Positions 10,336-21,367 of a DNA stretch of 64,000 nucleotides are shown in pieces (position 1 is the first letter of the stretch; the number at the start of each line of letters is the position of its first letter). A program made the position numbers and the translations under genes. The notes under the pieces are model-generated. The model saw nothing but the letters and a program-made list of their open reading frames with translations. It was not told the DNA's origin and did no database searches. Source of the DNA: Paramoeba atlantica (Eukaryota > Protista > Discosea); contig CDRNVI010000048.1 of the NCBI GenBank assembly GCA_977017575.1, forward strand, positions 62,001-126,000, read 5' to 3'.

Positions 10336-11492
10336 ATGCCGCACGCGGAATGGGAAACAGAAAAAAGGTTGCGCACTCGTCCTCGTTCAACTGATCCTGT
10401 TGGAACTGAATTGCTTGAATGGTACACGAACTTACGCTCGCAAAATATGAGAGTATCGGTGGCGGCAGCAAAGGCGAGAGCTCGTGTTATAAACGGAACT
10501 CCAGTTTCGAATAAGTGGTTTTACCGTTGGAAACGACAGCATGATATTGTGCTAAGGTCTGTTCAGCGCACTACTACTCGCACCATACAAGAAATTACCG
10601 CATTGCTCAACTCTTTTCATCAATTCCTTTACAATATTCTTTTAGCAAGCATTGTTAGTATAATAATCAACCTGGATGAAATTCCTTTTTCCCTAAGTGG
10701 AAGTATGAATTCTCGGTCCACTTTAAGCGATCGCGGATCAAGAAATGTTATTTGAGAGGACCCCAATTGGGATCGCCGATGCTGCTCTTATTCCTTCTAA
10801 TTATTCCTGCAATAATTGGCATAATAAAAAGAGAATGTGGTTTCTCTCCATTCAAATTGCGTTGCGCGGTACTGCTAAGGCGCAAATGTAAAAAGTCGTG
10901 GGTTCTTTCTAACCCTTTTGGTTGGCTAATTGAAGAAAGTTCATCCGGTGTTATCACAAGTTCAATGATGGTGGGTAGCATAATTCCTTTTATTCGTGGT
11001 CAAGTAACTCCTTTGCTTAGTGGAACCGAAGTATGCTTGACTATCATGGATGGTGCCACTGGGCATACCACTTCTCCTGTGAAGCGTTGATTTTCAGAAT
11101 TTTCGAAACTGGCTATCATTCCAAGTGGCATGACTCAATTTGTACAAGCGATTGATACGGACTACGCAGCGAAGTTTCTGCATAATTACACAATTCAACA
11201 TTACCAGCCTTGGGTTTTGACTGGCGTCCGGAAGATAAAGTCCAAAAGTGCTGCTGAACTCATGGTACGATGGTTGGGAAAGGCGCATGAAAAAACTTTG
11301 AATGAATTTAACATAGTCTCATGCTTCGAAAAACTCGGCTACAGCAATGGTACCAACATTGCAATATCGCGCCTTCCCTATACGTTTACACTGAGCGTGC
11401 CGGACGTAATGATTGTTTTGTTTAAGGTATCAGACAAGGATGTTCTATTTCGTTGGAATCTTAGCAAGCAATGGGTTCCTCCTGATTTCTGA
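10336..11492 (+). pseudogene. pogo-like (CENP-B HTH + DDE_1) transposase pseudogene
   Basis: ELLEWYTNLRSQN..SNKWFYRWKRQH; INLDEIP; IMDGATGH; IPSGMTQFVQAID; internal stops and one frameshift. Confidence 0.9.
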
Positions 11493-12085
11493 GAAAAAAC
11501 AAGAATAAACAGGGCACGCATTCAATGTTACTGGGCAATACGTACTACTGCATTTAATTACCTCTAAATTAAGCAATTCAAAGTTACTACTACTACTACT
11601 ACTACAAATAAGTGGGGGGCCGCAGTAATTGTAATCTAAACAAGCTCATTGTTCTTTGTTTTAGCCCGTCCTGCGCGCACAAAATTCTCTTGATGAGATC
11701 TGCAAAGTGCAACAAAGTGGGGGGTCACTTTTCGTGATACATGTATTTCCAGTAGTATATTTATTGAGTATGTTAGCCTAACTTACTACTTAACCTTAGG
11801 TGTGTTTTGCTGGCAAGTGAAATGTACACCAGAAACAGCACCAGAGACAATATCGCCTTACATAATTCGATTTAGAAAACGCCTTCGGTTTTCTCCCACA
11901 TAACGACTTCTCTTGTTTTGGGGGGGGGGCGACCCCCCCCCCGATCATCAATTATATCAGAGCATTGCATACTGGAGCGTCGGTATAACTCAAGTGCTCC
12001 AATGGACTTGCCTCACAAGTTGTGACCAAAGTGCATCGAGTATGACATCTTGCGAACATGTCTACCCAACTACGGAGTAGTCTGA

Positions 12086-12235
12086 ATCGAAATGCAGTCT
12101 TTCGTCAAAGCATTCGTCGACGACCTCACGATTGTCACAATCACTCCGAGAGGGCTCCAACATGCAACCAACCATTTAGTCAAAGTGCTAACTGTCATGG
12201 GCCTTCGGCTCAATGTAAAGGGTCAAAACTACTGA
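12086..12235 (+). mobile_element. Non-LTR reverse transcriptase fragment
   Basis: Hand translation MQSFVKAFVDDLTIVT...MGLRLNVKG (FxDD and GLxLNxxK motifs); too short for the ORF track. Confidence 0.75.
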
Positions 12236-12294
12236 TACCCTAAAGAGTGAGAATAGCCCTTACTTTATTCTTCATCCTCTTTTCTGGACTGAAG

Positions 12295-13215
12295 TCATGG
12301 CATCGTTCGGTACTTTGCATCATTCCATTGTGGAATGGCGCGGCGAACGTCTTGAGCGCCGCGTAGCACTTTAATAAGAAACTCACAAAGGGGTTCCCAA
12401 AAGTTGCACAAACGCAGAGGTGGCCCAGAATCTTCTTGATGGCAGTTGGTAAAGCTAAGAACATTTTCTGGATGAAATTTCCCCTTTTCAGGAGTATCGT
12501 CCACAAGTACTGTATTATGTGCGTACCACCTACCAAGAAGACAAACATCTCCAAGCCAAATCTTTCGAAGGTCCTTCACGGTTCCATAAGGCTTTTCAGG
12601 TGATGTATCGGGAGTGCAATGTTCGCGTGAAAGGACAGCAATAATTTTCGTTCTGCTTTTGCTGTCTAGTAAAGAATTCAAGCATTTCTCCGCAGTTTTT
12701 TTTAGCGAACTTGTCCAAATCGCCACCACAAAGTAATCCAAAAGAGTACGAATGGCGGATTCCGCTCCAAGAAGGGGCACACAATTTCCTTTTCGTGTTT
12801 TTCTAACCAAGACACCATTCAAGTCCAACATTAACAACACAGGGTACCGCGACAAGATGGATCTTTCAATATATTCATATGACATACAGCAAGTGTAACC
12901 TAATACGGAACGCAACGAAACGTAGCCTTTTCCGTTCCAACTTTTGTGCAAGCGCTTAATTTGCATAAATTCGAACACGCGATTATCGTTGTTTTGAACT
13001 GCAGGAGCGCCATGAACAGCCACAGATGGTATGAGTTCGTCCAATGCATACCTTAGAGCTCCACAGGGAATTTCAGATACCTCCGACCTCACCTTCACAC
13101 GTATCCAACGCTCTGGTTCAAGCAACATATCACCAAGCTTTTGTCGTGCATAGTTAATGTTAGAGTGTTTATTCCATACAGACTGTAGCCGTTTTAAAAA
13201 ATATTCTAACATCAA
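12295..13215 (-). CDS. FCP1/NIF-like HAD phosphatase-domain protein
   Basis: LLMLDLNGVLV, VAIWTSS, TVKDLRKIW, NTVLVDDTPEK..HPEN. Confidence 0.85.
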   Translation of the reverse strand: MMLEYFLKRLQSVWNKHSNINYARQKLGDMLLEPERWIRVKVRSEVSEIPCGALRYALDELIPSVAVHGAPAVQNNDNRVFEFMQIKRLHKSWNGKGYVSLRSVLGYTCCMSYEYIERSILSRYPVLLMLDLNGVLVRKTRKGNCVPLLGAESAIRTLLDYFVVAIWTSSLKKTAEKCLNSLLDSKSRTKIIAVLSREHCTPDTSPEKPYGTVKDLRKIWLGDVCLLGRWYAHNTVLVDDTPEKGKFHPENVLSFTNCHQEDSGPPLRLCNFWEPLCEFLIKVLRGAQDVRRAIPQWNDAKYRTMP

Positions 13216-13463
13216 CCCCCATATTTCAAAAAGGTGAGAAACTATAGACTAGAATGCTTCACAACTACACTGTGGACAAGATGCGTCCTACAAGTTGTGG
13301 GCTACAACTCATGTAGAAAATTATTAAACAATGTAAGCGACAAACATAAGCAAGCTTTTTCTTATTATAAATATTTTCCAGGACCTTGAAAAAAATCTAT
13401 CTTCATCTTATGTAACATCATAATAAATATACTTCATATCAAGAGAATGTCAGCGAATTTTCC

Positions 13464-14546
13464 TCATATGTCTTGCGACATTCTCGGCGGGTCAGTCGGA
13501 GGAATTACTCGAGAAAATAGATCTTCTTCACTTATCCACTGATTATTCACATTTTCTATTTCATGCGAAGCGGGCTTCGAAAAGGAATTTTCTTGCATTT
13601 CCAATAAAATTTCATTTGTCCTCTTGTTTTGCTCCTCTGTGAAATCTTTGGGTAATGGTGTAGTGTAAAGTTCCTCGCTATACGTGCTGGGGCCTTGTAC
13701 CAGCTTCTCGTTCGCGCCAAATTGGTCCCAAGTTCCAAGCGCGTAAGAACCTGAAAGTGCATCTTCGGAGGAGCCCTCGGATGTACTGCTTGATAATTCT
13801 GCCCCATCGATCTCTTTGGCCTGCATCGATTGATAATTGTGTTCCTTTAGAACACATTTATTCCACTGGAGACAGTGAGGTCGAAGATCCTGCGCTTTTG
13901 AGATTCTCAATAAGAATGGAAGAAGATTCTTTTCGCAAGAAGTCGGTATTCGTGGAACCGACAACACATTCTCCGCGAATTCCTCCAGTAAGGGAGCCGT
14001 GTCCTCATTTTCTGAATCCGAAGAGGAAGAAAGAAGTGCAGCGTCAATATTCGATATAAGAAGAGTGTTACCCGATTCCCACCTTCCGAAGTGGGATTCT
14101 TGTTCCCAAACATCCTTAAAAAGATGGGAAAGGTTCGCAGTCATTGGAGTCGTGAACTCGGAATTTTTTCGTTTTTCAGCGATGCTAACTATGGTAGGAA
14201 CAACGACAGCAAAAGAATATCGTACTCGTACTGTCTGCTCTATATGTCCGACGAATCCTAAAGCGTAGTGTTGGCGTAGTGTATCAAGAAACTTCATGGA
14301 ACTGTCAATGAACTGGGAAAGATACGCTGAGTCAAGGAGCAGCAATTTGGGTAATTCGGCTGAGTGCAACGCTAGTGATCTTGTGCTTATCCTCGAAATA
14401 TACCCATATTGTGAGTGAACGCGTGTTATGGTACTTTCTTTCCCAAGAAATTTGCAGGCTTCGCGGGGACTTGAGTGATTAGCATTATTTTTCCAAGGAA
14501 TACTGTCGCAGAAGAACCAGGTTCCAAGATCGTATTTTAAATCCAT
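13464..14546 (-). CDS. LsmAD-domain protein (ataxin-2/PBP1-like)
   Basis: WDQFGANEKL..STYSEELYTTPL ... EEDLFSRV. Confidence 0.8.
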   Translation of the reverse strand: MDLKYDLGTWFFCDSIPWKNNANHSSPREACKFLGKESTITRVHSQYGYISRISTRSLALHSAELPKLLLLDSAYLSQFIDSSMKFLDTLRQHYALGFVGHIEQTVRVRYSFAVVVPTIVSIAEKRKNSEFTTPMTANLSHLFKDVWEQESHFGRWESGNTLLISNIDAALLSSSSDSENEDTAPLLEEFAENVLSVPRIPTSCEKNLLPFLLRISKAQDLRPHCLQWNKCVLKEHNYQSMQAKEIDGAELSSSTSEGSSEDALSGSYALGTWDQFGANEKLVQGPSTYSEELYTTPLPKDFTEEQNKRTNEILLEMQENSFSKPASHEIENVNNQWISEEDLFSRVIPPTDPPRMSQDI

Positions 14547-14747
14547 CGTTGTATAAGAAATTTAAGATAATAGAAATTAAAATGTAGCCCGTTGGCTGTG
14601 ACACTCTCAGTTCATGTATTGCTCAAAATAATACCGAGTACATAGAACAACTCAATATGGAAATTTTATCATTTTAAAAATCTGTAACCTCCAAATAAAA
14701 TTTGAAACCGATGTTATTGTACGCAGTATTCATGCTTCAATAGTCAA

Positions 14748-17700
14748 CTAACGCTTGTCCCTTCCTCCTGTAAAGGGGTCCAACTTCAAACCAGATGGAC
14801 TGTTTAATGTGGATTTTCCAAACAAGGACGAAAATGGCTTTTTACTAGGAGGTTGAATGGGATTCATGGGTAATAATTGATGTGTAGATTTTCCCAATGC
14901 AGCCTTTCCTGGTAATAGATTCGCTTTCGCAACATTTGTTTCATTCGTTGTGCTACTATTTTCATGCCCAGTAGATACATGTATGCTTTCAGCAGGTAGT
15001 TCTTTCTTCTCGCGCAATACATCTCGTTCATGCTGCGATATTGGCTTATTCTCTATCTTTGTTTTTGAGAAGTTTGTAGCTCCATGCTTAAGCTCAGCTG
15101 AGTTCGACTTCTGCGTAAAGGTACCCAAGATAGACGATTCGTAGCCTTTCCTTCCGGAGACAGCCTCACTGTAAGGTTTATCAACGGCTCCATCAGATTT
15201 TCTTACAGCCATCATGCGTTTTCTTGATCGAATGATCTCTCTCCAGTACTTTTCCGAATAATTTTGGTAAGTCGCAAAATCATCTTTCCATAACGCTCTA
15301 CGAGAGGAGTCCGATATTCCGTAGACTTGTCGAAATTGCTCATTTTGTGTCTTGATTTCCGACAAACGAGTCGCATAGATGGTGTTAAAGTTAGACCATA
15401 GTTGATATGATCGGCCAACAAGAGGAAAATGTCTATGAAAAACTTTTCTTATGAACGTCCGAAAGGAACTGTTGTCTGCAAGGTAAGAGGTAAAAGGAGC
15501 GTGATGCTCGGACCCGAGGACATGATTTCGAATTTTGGTCATGAAATTATCCGAGAGCCTATCAACTTGAGTATTTGTAGTCTTTTTCAAGCCTTTTTCT
15601 TCAACGTCTCCAAAACCGAGTGAGCCGCGAAGGGGAGCTTCAGTGTACGTGTCGTAGTCTATTTCTATAGTTCGTGTATCCACAACAGTATTATTTAGCT
15701 CCTGAACCATTTTTGTGTCCAATATTCCCTGCGACCCAAAGAAATCAATTGTTCGGTCACGCTCAAGTCGCACGTTTTCGTATTGAAATGGACGTGCCTT
15801 CGAAGACGCCAAAATAACATCGATTACTGTGCTCTTCTTAGCAGGATGTATAACGAAAATGTGGTCCGGGGAGGTTTCTGACATAATTATTTTCCCAAAC
15901 CGATTAATGTAATGGTACATCATGTGAATGGTCTCCGTAATGCTTGGAACCCAACGACCCTCGCAATAGTCCGAATATAACGCGCGAAGCTGTTCTTCTT
16001 TTCTCTCAGCACCAGAAACAAGATTCTCCGCCAAAGTCTTGAATTCAAGGAAAAGTTCCGCGTTTCCCTTATTCTCCACAGCTCCGTAGTTCCAATCCAT
16101 AGAAAAACCGTCACCAAAAAAGGTAACCATGTTCTGTAACACCTCTCTCATTTTGATCATGTTATCTAAAGGTTGAGACGAAAAGAGTGCTAAACCAAGT
16201 GATGTCCCTTTGAAGGCATTTTTGGATTTTTTATCAGAATCTGAGCTTCCCAGTGCATGTTCCTTTTGTTCAGTTTCAGAAAAGGATGTTCTTGTTCCCT
16301 TCCATTTTAGAAGAGAAGGCACGTGATAATACTTCGTGAAAGTTTTCGTATTCGGTGAAGAAGTAGAGCACGACAGAAATGGTGTCAAACTGTGCTTTCC
16401 CTTTTTTACCTGCTGAGCAGCTTGAATGATATAATCCGCATCCGGTGCTTGGGCCATAAAATATTCTATATCTTCTTTTCGAATGTGGCACTCCATGAGA
16501 AGTAATCGTAAAGATGTATTGGTAATCCAACGATTATGCGCACGAAAGTCCCGTAGAGCAACTTCCTTGGATTTTCGAACTGCTTTTAGAAATGTGTTAG
16601 TAATATCTCTGTTCACATAATGCGCAAGCATACAGCTAAAATTGTCCAAATAAGATTGTCTGCACCATTTTTCAAGTGATGGGTCGTCAACTTGCACAGT
16701 TTTTAAGTCTCCGGCATGCTGCGACATGCCTTTCCGTCCGACCTCGTGTAGATGCCGCTGAACATATTTGTATCGAATTAGCCCTTCCTGAGCTATCAGT
16801 TCCACATCACCTTCAATTTCATAATGTGCTTCTTTTTCATTGGCTTCTACGATCAAGGCAGGGTCCCTCTCGCCCCATACAGTGTCATGACTTCGAGACT
16901 CTGTTAAGGCTCGTGCAGTGTTTGAAATCTTTTCGCATCCAACGGGAATGGTGCTGTTGTATTGCTCAATTTCTACTTTCATATATTGATGCAGCAGCGT
17001 CAAGAGAAGTGGAGAGGGCGCTGCTCCGTAACATGTCCATTCCTTGTAGGAAATCATAAGTTCCTTAGGATGAGAACTCATGGCCCATATTATTTGAGCC
17101 TCGCTTGCGTTTTCTCGTTTGAGCTTTTCACGGAAGAGACGTAAAAGAGCTGAAGAACTATTTAATCTTTCGCTACGCTCTGTTTCGAAGCCAAGAGTAT
17201 CTTTAGGAGCTGCCCAAGCGTCAGGTGAATGTCCTGTAGGACCAATACCAAACCCCTTGCTCACTTGATTCATAACGTACTGAAAACGATCTCCTATTCC
17301 TCCTACGCTTCCCAATAGGGGGATCTTTCCTTCAAAAGGAAGCTTATGCGGTTGAAGTAAGCAACGTTCGCTCACGTGTTTTGAACGTTCCATTAAGTTG
17401 TGGTACGTCCAATACGGGCGCACGTTCCACCAGTTCTCATTCAGCTTAAACTTTTCCAATTCTGAAAATTTTTTGTAGTAATTTCCAGGACGAGTGCCGC
17501 TGATATCCCGGATCGCTTGCTCTACTTCCGCCACCTCTTCGTCAGAAATCATATTGACCTTGTTCCATCCGTGGGTTAGCTCCTTTCGATCCACAGTCGG
17601 AAGACCATGAGTGTATATGGATCCGGTTTTTCCTGAGAGCGCCGGTGCCGCTTCATAGCTCTCCGGCAATACCTGGAACTGATTCGGTTTTGTGTGGAAT

Positions 17701-20105
17701 TGTTTAGACTGCAAACGTTGTGTATACTCGCTAGTTACAAAATCATCGTTCGCTATGTGTTGCGTGTACCCAAAGATCATTCGTTTAGGAGTCATTCGAT
17801 CAGGTATCAAAGGAGCCACCGGCTGCTCATTCCATGGAGCCTCTATTGCTTGTTTCAATTTTCTACGAAATTCATCGTTTCGAAACGGAATTTTCCATGA
17901 ATATGGCTCTCTGACCTGGTCTTTTCCTATGCATTTAACGTCAGACAGATTTTGCACATCCAAACGAATCGCTACCCCACATTCGGGAAACGTCTGCACC
18001 CAAAAAGAGCCCCGCCGAATCCCTACAAGGACGCAGAAAAATTCATCTATTGAATTTTTCTCCTTTTCAATTATTTCTATTGTGTTTTCCTCATTCAACG
18101 CTTTCCATTGATTTCTTTTCACATAGTCTTCAACTTCTGTACAAGTCCTTCCCATCTCAACGACGTCCCCTTCGTCTGTAACGGCTAATAATTGGAATGA
18201 ATCAGCATCAACGCCAGCACACGTTGCGAAGGAACAAGATTCTAGGACTTCAAACTGAGCACCGTATTGATATCCAAATGTTTGACAAGTTTCTGGCGTT
18301 ACATCAACTAATCTAGATTGAAAACCTATCTTGTTGGGATTATCCCATGTTCTGACTTGAACTTGCAACTTGCTTCCGTGAGAAAGTGGAAGAGTGAAAT
18401 TTGTTAACAAATTCTTCTTCATTTCTGTTATCTCTCCATCATCTATTTCATACCACCTATAGCAAGAATTGTCAGGGAAATAGAAGGGTTGTTTTAATCG
18501 GAGACGTATTTTTTCTTCTTCGAAAGTCATGATCTGCAGGTCATTAGTGTTTAATAGTTTTTGCTCAAGCAGTGTGTAGTATTCAAGTTCTCGCAACATT
18601 TTCAGCGAATCTTTGGCATGTGTATCAATGTAGCACTCTTTAGGAAGTCTTCGGGAATGCATGAAAGACTTCTCTAACCCCCTCTTCACTTCTCTCCAGT
18701 TTGTTACTCGACGTCCCATAGAAGTCTGTGTTGCACTAAGCTTGTATTCCACTAGATCCTTCATGCATAGATTCCAACCCTTTGGCGGAACGCGCACAAC
18801 CCCTTCCTCACGTTGTTCACGTCGAAATCGATCGAGTTCCAAATCTATTCGAAGTTGTTTAACACTTTGAGGAACAAGCTGCGTGCCGATTCCCAAATAC
18901 GGATTTCGTAACCCTTCTTTGAGACCTTGACTCCGCATATTGGTCAATAGAATAGGATGATTTGTTTCGTCCAATATTTCATTGTACAGCTTCATTAAAT
19001 TTGCGGATTCTTTCACCACACCTGAGGCGTATTCCGCGGAGGCTCTGATGTTTATAAGAAAACTGTTCGCTCGTCCCCGCTGATGAGTTACCCGATAAAT
19101 CCGCATGAGTGCTTCGACTTGACGCTGGGTATGTTGTGCAGTTCCAAAGACAGTATGTTCTGTAGCCTTAACAAACAGCGCCTCGCCCCTATTGGCAACC
19201 AGATCGTACCACTCTTTTGACCAGGATTTATGAGGATCCCATACTCCTTGAAATGCGTGCAGCGGAGACCATGGTACGCCTTGCGCGCAGTATCGTGTTG
19301 TCGCGTACGGAAGACTACATCGGGGACAGTACTCTGGATGCACACGATTGGCTTCCATTTCTATGAAAACAGAGAATATATCCTCCAAAGATTTGGGCCT
19401 TTCTTTCAGAAACGAATTCAAAAGGTAGGTATCGTGATATTTCGTTCCCATCGCCTCATCAAATTCCATGAAAAACTGTGATACGACCCTAACCTCTCGG
19501 TACTTTTTCCCAGCACCGGGTTCATGAAGACCTTCGGATGTAAAGTACTCCGGGTCTGTGGAATTTGGTATGATTTTAATTTTTCCTACGCCATCATAGT
19601 GTCTCTTGACTAAAAAATCCAGTTTTTTCCACCAGTACTTCGTGTGCTCCAATACATTTGATGACTCATGTGTCACAGTTGGAGAGCTGCGTGACTTAGG
19701 GTACAGTCGGCAAGCCCAATGTCTTTCATCCGCGATGTGAATAGCTGCAGGAGGTAACAAGCCTCTATATAAAAATGGGTTTTCCCTCTCCCACGGATTG
19801 TACTCACTAAATCCACATCGTCGGTAACTGTTTTCCCAGTCTGACTTCGAACTTGGAACGCCAATCAAACGATTGTAATGACTATGTGCAGTTCCTTCCC
19901 GCAGCAGAAAATTCTTAGAAGCGTCTTGATCAGGAGCCACGGCCTCGTGAGCCTTATTTCCTCTGTTTCTTGGATTAATTGCTCTTTTTCGATCCCCCGT
20001 TGGAAAGCTTCTTGACATCCACGCGGGACGTGATGTTTCCAAAAACGGTTTCTGAAGATATTTCTCGTATGGAATCAATCTGCAGTGTTTTCGAGTGCGC
20101 TCCAT
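14748..20105 (-). CDS. 1785-aa hypothetical protein, possibly mitochondrial/mitoribosomal
   Basis: Long uninterrupted ORF; R/K-rich N-terminus; CPRC motif; function not recognised. Confidence 0.8.
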   Translation of the reverse strand: MERTRKHCRLIPYEKYLQKPFLETSRPAWMSRSFPTGDRKRAINPRNRGNKAHEAVAPDQDASKNFLLREGTAHSHYNRLIGVPSSKSDWENSYRRCGFSEYNPWERENPFLYRGLLPPAAIHIADERHWACRLYPKSRSSPTVTHESSNVLEHTKYWWKKLDFLVKRHYDGVGKIKIIPNSTDPEYFTSEGLHEPGAGKKYREVRVVSQFFMEFDEAMGTKYHDTYLLNSFLKERPKSLEDIFSVFIEMEANRVHPEYCPRCSLPYATTRYCAQGVPWSPLHAFQGVWDPHKSWSKEWYDLVANRGEALFVKATEHTVFGTAQHTQRQVEALMRIYRVTHQRGRANSFLINIRASAEYASGVVKESANLMKLYNEILDETNHPILLTNMRSQGLKEGLRNPYLGIGTQLVPQSVKQLRIDLELDRFRREQREEGVVRVPPKGWNLCMKDLVEYKLSATQTSMGRRVTNWREVKRGLEKSFMHSRRLPKECYIDTHAKDSLKMLRELEYYTLLEQKLLNTNDLQIMTFEEEKIRLRLKQPFYFPDNSCYRWYEIDDGEITEMKKNLLTNFTLPLSHGSKLQVQVRTWDNPNKIGFQSRLVDVTPETCQTFGYQYGAQFEVLESCSFATCAGVDADSFQLLAVTDEGDVVEMGRTCTEVEDYVKRNQWKALNEENTIEIIEKEKNSIDEFFCVLVGIRRGSFWVQTFPECGVAIRLDVQNLSDVKCIGKDQVREPYSWKIPFRNDEFRRKLKQAIEAPWNEQPVAPLIPDRMTPKRMIFGYTQHIANDDFVTSEYTQRLQSKQFHTKPNQFQVLPESYEAAPALSGKTGSIYTHGLPTVDRKELTHGWNKVNMISDEEVAEVEQAIRDISGTRPGNYYKKFSELEKFKLNENWWNVRPYWTYHNLMERSKHVSERCLLQPHKLPFEGKIPLLGSVGGIGDRFQYVMNQVSKGFGIGPTGHSPDAWAAPKDTLGFETERSERLNSSSALLRLFREKLKRENASEAQIIWAMSSHPKELMISYKEWTCYGAAPSPLLLTLLHQYMKVEIEQYNSTIPVGCEKISNTARALTESRSHDTVWGERDPALIVEANEKEAHYEIEGDVELIAQEGLIRYKYVQRHLHEVGRKGMSQHAGDLKTVQVDDPSLEKWCRQSYLDNFSCMLAHYVNRDITNTFLKAVRKSKEVALRDFRAHNRWITNTSLRLLLMECHIRKEDIEYFMAQAPDADYIIQAAQQVKKGKHSLTPFLSCSTSSPNTKTFTKYYHVPSLLKWKGTRTSFSETEQKEHALGSSDSDKKSKNAFKGTSLGLALFSSQPLDNMIKMREVLQNMVTFFGDGFSMDWNYGAVENKGNAELFLEFKTLAENLVSGAERKEEQLRALYSDYCEGRWVPSITETIHMMYHYINRFGKIIMSETSPDHIFVIHPAKKSTVIDVILASSKARPFQYENVRLERDRTIDFFGSQGILDTKMVQELNNTVVDTRTIEIDYDTYTEAPLRGSLGFGDVEEKGLKKTTNTQVDRLSDNFMTKIRNHVLGSEHHAPFTSYLADNSSFRTFIRKVFHRHFPLVGRSYQLWSNFNTIYATRLSEIKTQNEQFRQVYGISDSSRRALWKDDFATYQNYSEKYWREIIRSRKRMMAVRKSDGAVDKPYSEAVSGRKGYESSILGTFTQKSNSAELKHGATNFSKTKIENKPISQHERDVLREKKELPAESIHVSTGHENSSTTNETNVAKANLLPGKAALGKSTHQLLPMNPIQPPSKKPFSSLFGKSTLNSPSGLKLDPFTGGRDKR

Positions 20106-20586
20106 GTGTAAGACTTAAGTTTTCGAATTTTGAAAGTAATTCGTGTAATGAAAGGCGCTTAACAAGTATATTTTCGAATGAGACGGGGTTAATAGCTTCG
20201 ACTTTCCAATTTCAATTCATTAATAAAAATTACTACGACAATCATAAAAATTACTTGGGAAGCATAAAACATGCTTAATAAACTCTTTTACTTTTACTAA
20301 AAGTATTACTAAGGTACAGGTGTATGTGTGTAAAGTCCTCAGTTAAAGAAGTCAAAGGACGCTACTTTCCCGAAAGTGCTCTCCCATGCTCTTGAGTTCA
20401 CAAGATTGAGTGAACGAAATCATGGTGTCGTCCCAGCCAAATGAAGTTGCTGCAGACGATTTTATGTCACGCCGATTCACGCTCTAAGAAAACCCATGAC
20501 AGAACCCAGCAACATTCTTACACCACAACCAGGTTCATACCTGTAGCCATACCTGTTCATACATGTAGCCCACATCGTCTTAAAAT

Positions 20587-21123
20587 TCAAAGCTCAATAT
20601 CTTCATCAATACCCCTATCAAGAAAATTCGAATATTGTCCAGGAACCATAACGTGGTATATAGATTCTTTACAGGCTAATCTTGAGTTCTCATTGGGGTC
20701 TTTCGTTGCTTGCATTGCCGTCATCTCATTTCGTGCTTCACGAACCGTACTTTCATTTCCTATGCAAGGCACTTCGTATGCTGCGTGAGATGCAGCGTTG
20801 GATAAACGTATTTCCTTCTCACACTTAGCGCAGCACCGAAGAGTTCCCGTGCATGGCAAGCAAATGTTGTGATAGGCATGGCTGATGGTGCGTTGTTTAC
20901 ACCTTCGGCAGTGCGCATATTCTTTGAGAGGTTTGTATTTTCCGTACTTAATTTTCCATGCGATGCATTCAGAACAGCGCAAACAACATTGCACGGTGGC
21001 TTCTTCAGGACTAAACCGAATTGCATCCGATTTCCGATGACGATTTGGATCGAAAGCGGTTTGGTTTAGAAATCTCTGACGTGGACCCTTATGAGAGCTT
21101 TTCTTGAGCACTTGAACGGACAT
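20587..21123 (-). CDS. C9orf85/DUF2039-like Cys-rich protein
   Basis: CCLRCSECIAWKIKYGKYKPL..CRRCKQRTISHAYHNICLPC..CAKC; probable start MSVQV at 21123 (track start 21162). Confidence 0.85.
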   Translation of the reverse strand: MSVQVLKKSSHKGPRQRFLNQTAFDPNRHRKSDAIRFSPEEATVQCCLRCSECIAWKIKYGKYKPLKEYAHCRRCKQRTISHAYHNICLPCTGTLRCCAKCEKEIRLSNAASHAAYEVPCIGNESTVREARNEMTAMQATKDPNENSRLACKESIYHVMVPGQYSNFLDRGIDEDIEL

Positions 21124-21210
21124 CGATATGAAAATAAAGTAAATGAAATTTGAGTAGTTCATAATATATAAATTTTATAAATTTACATGCATCATTGAAC
21201 AACTTGATCA

Positions 21211-21253
21211 TTTTGACCCAAAACCCACTCTCTTACTGGGGGGGGGTATACGG
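21211..21253 (-). mobile_element. Solo terminus of the 4691 MITE family
   Basis: TTTTGACCCAAAACCCACTCTCTTACTGGGGGGGGGTATACGG|TA is the reverse complement of the 4691 left end. Confidence 0.85.
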
Positions 21254-21367
21254 TAGTAGATTTAGACGCTTATGGATATACCAAGACTGCGCTTCGGCAG
21301 CCCGAAATAAAAACGCAAAGGGGTGGAACAACTTTCTGTTCCGGTAGTCAATGCCAACTATTCATGT

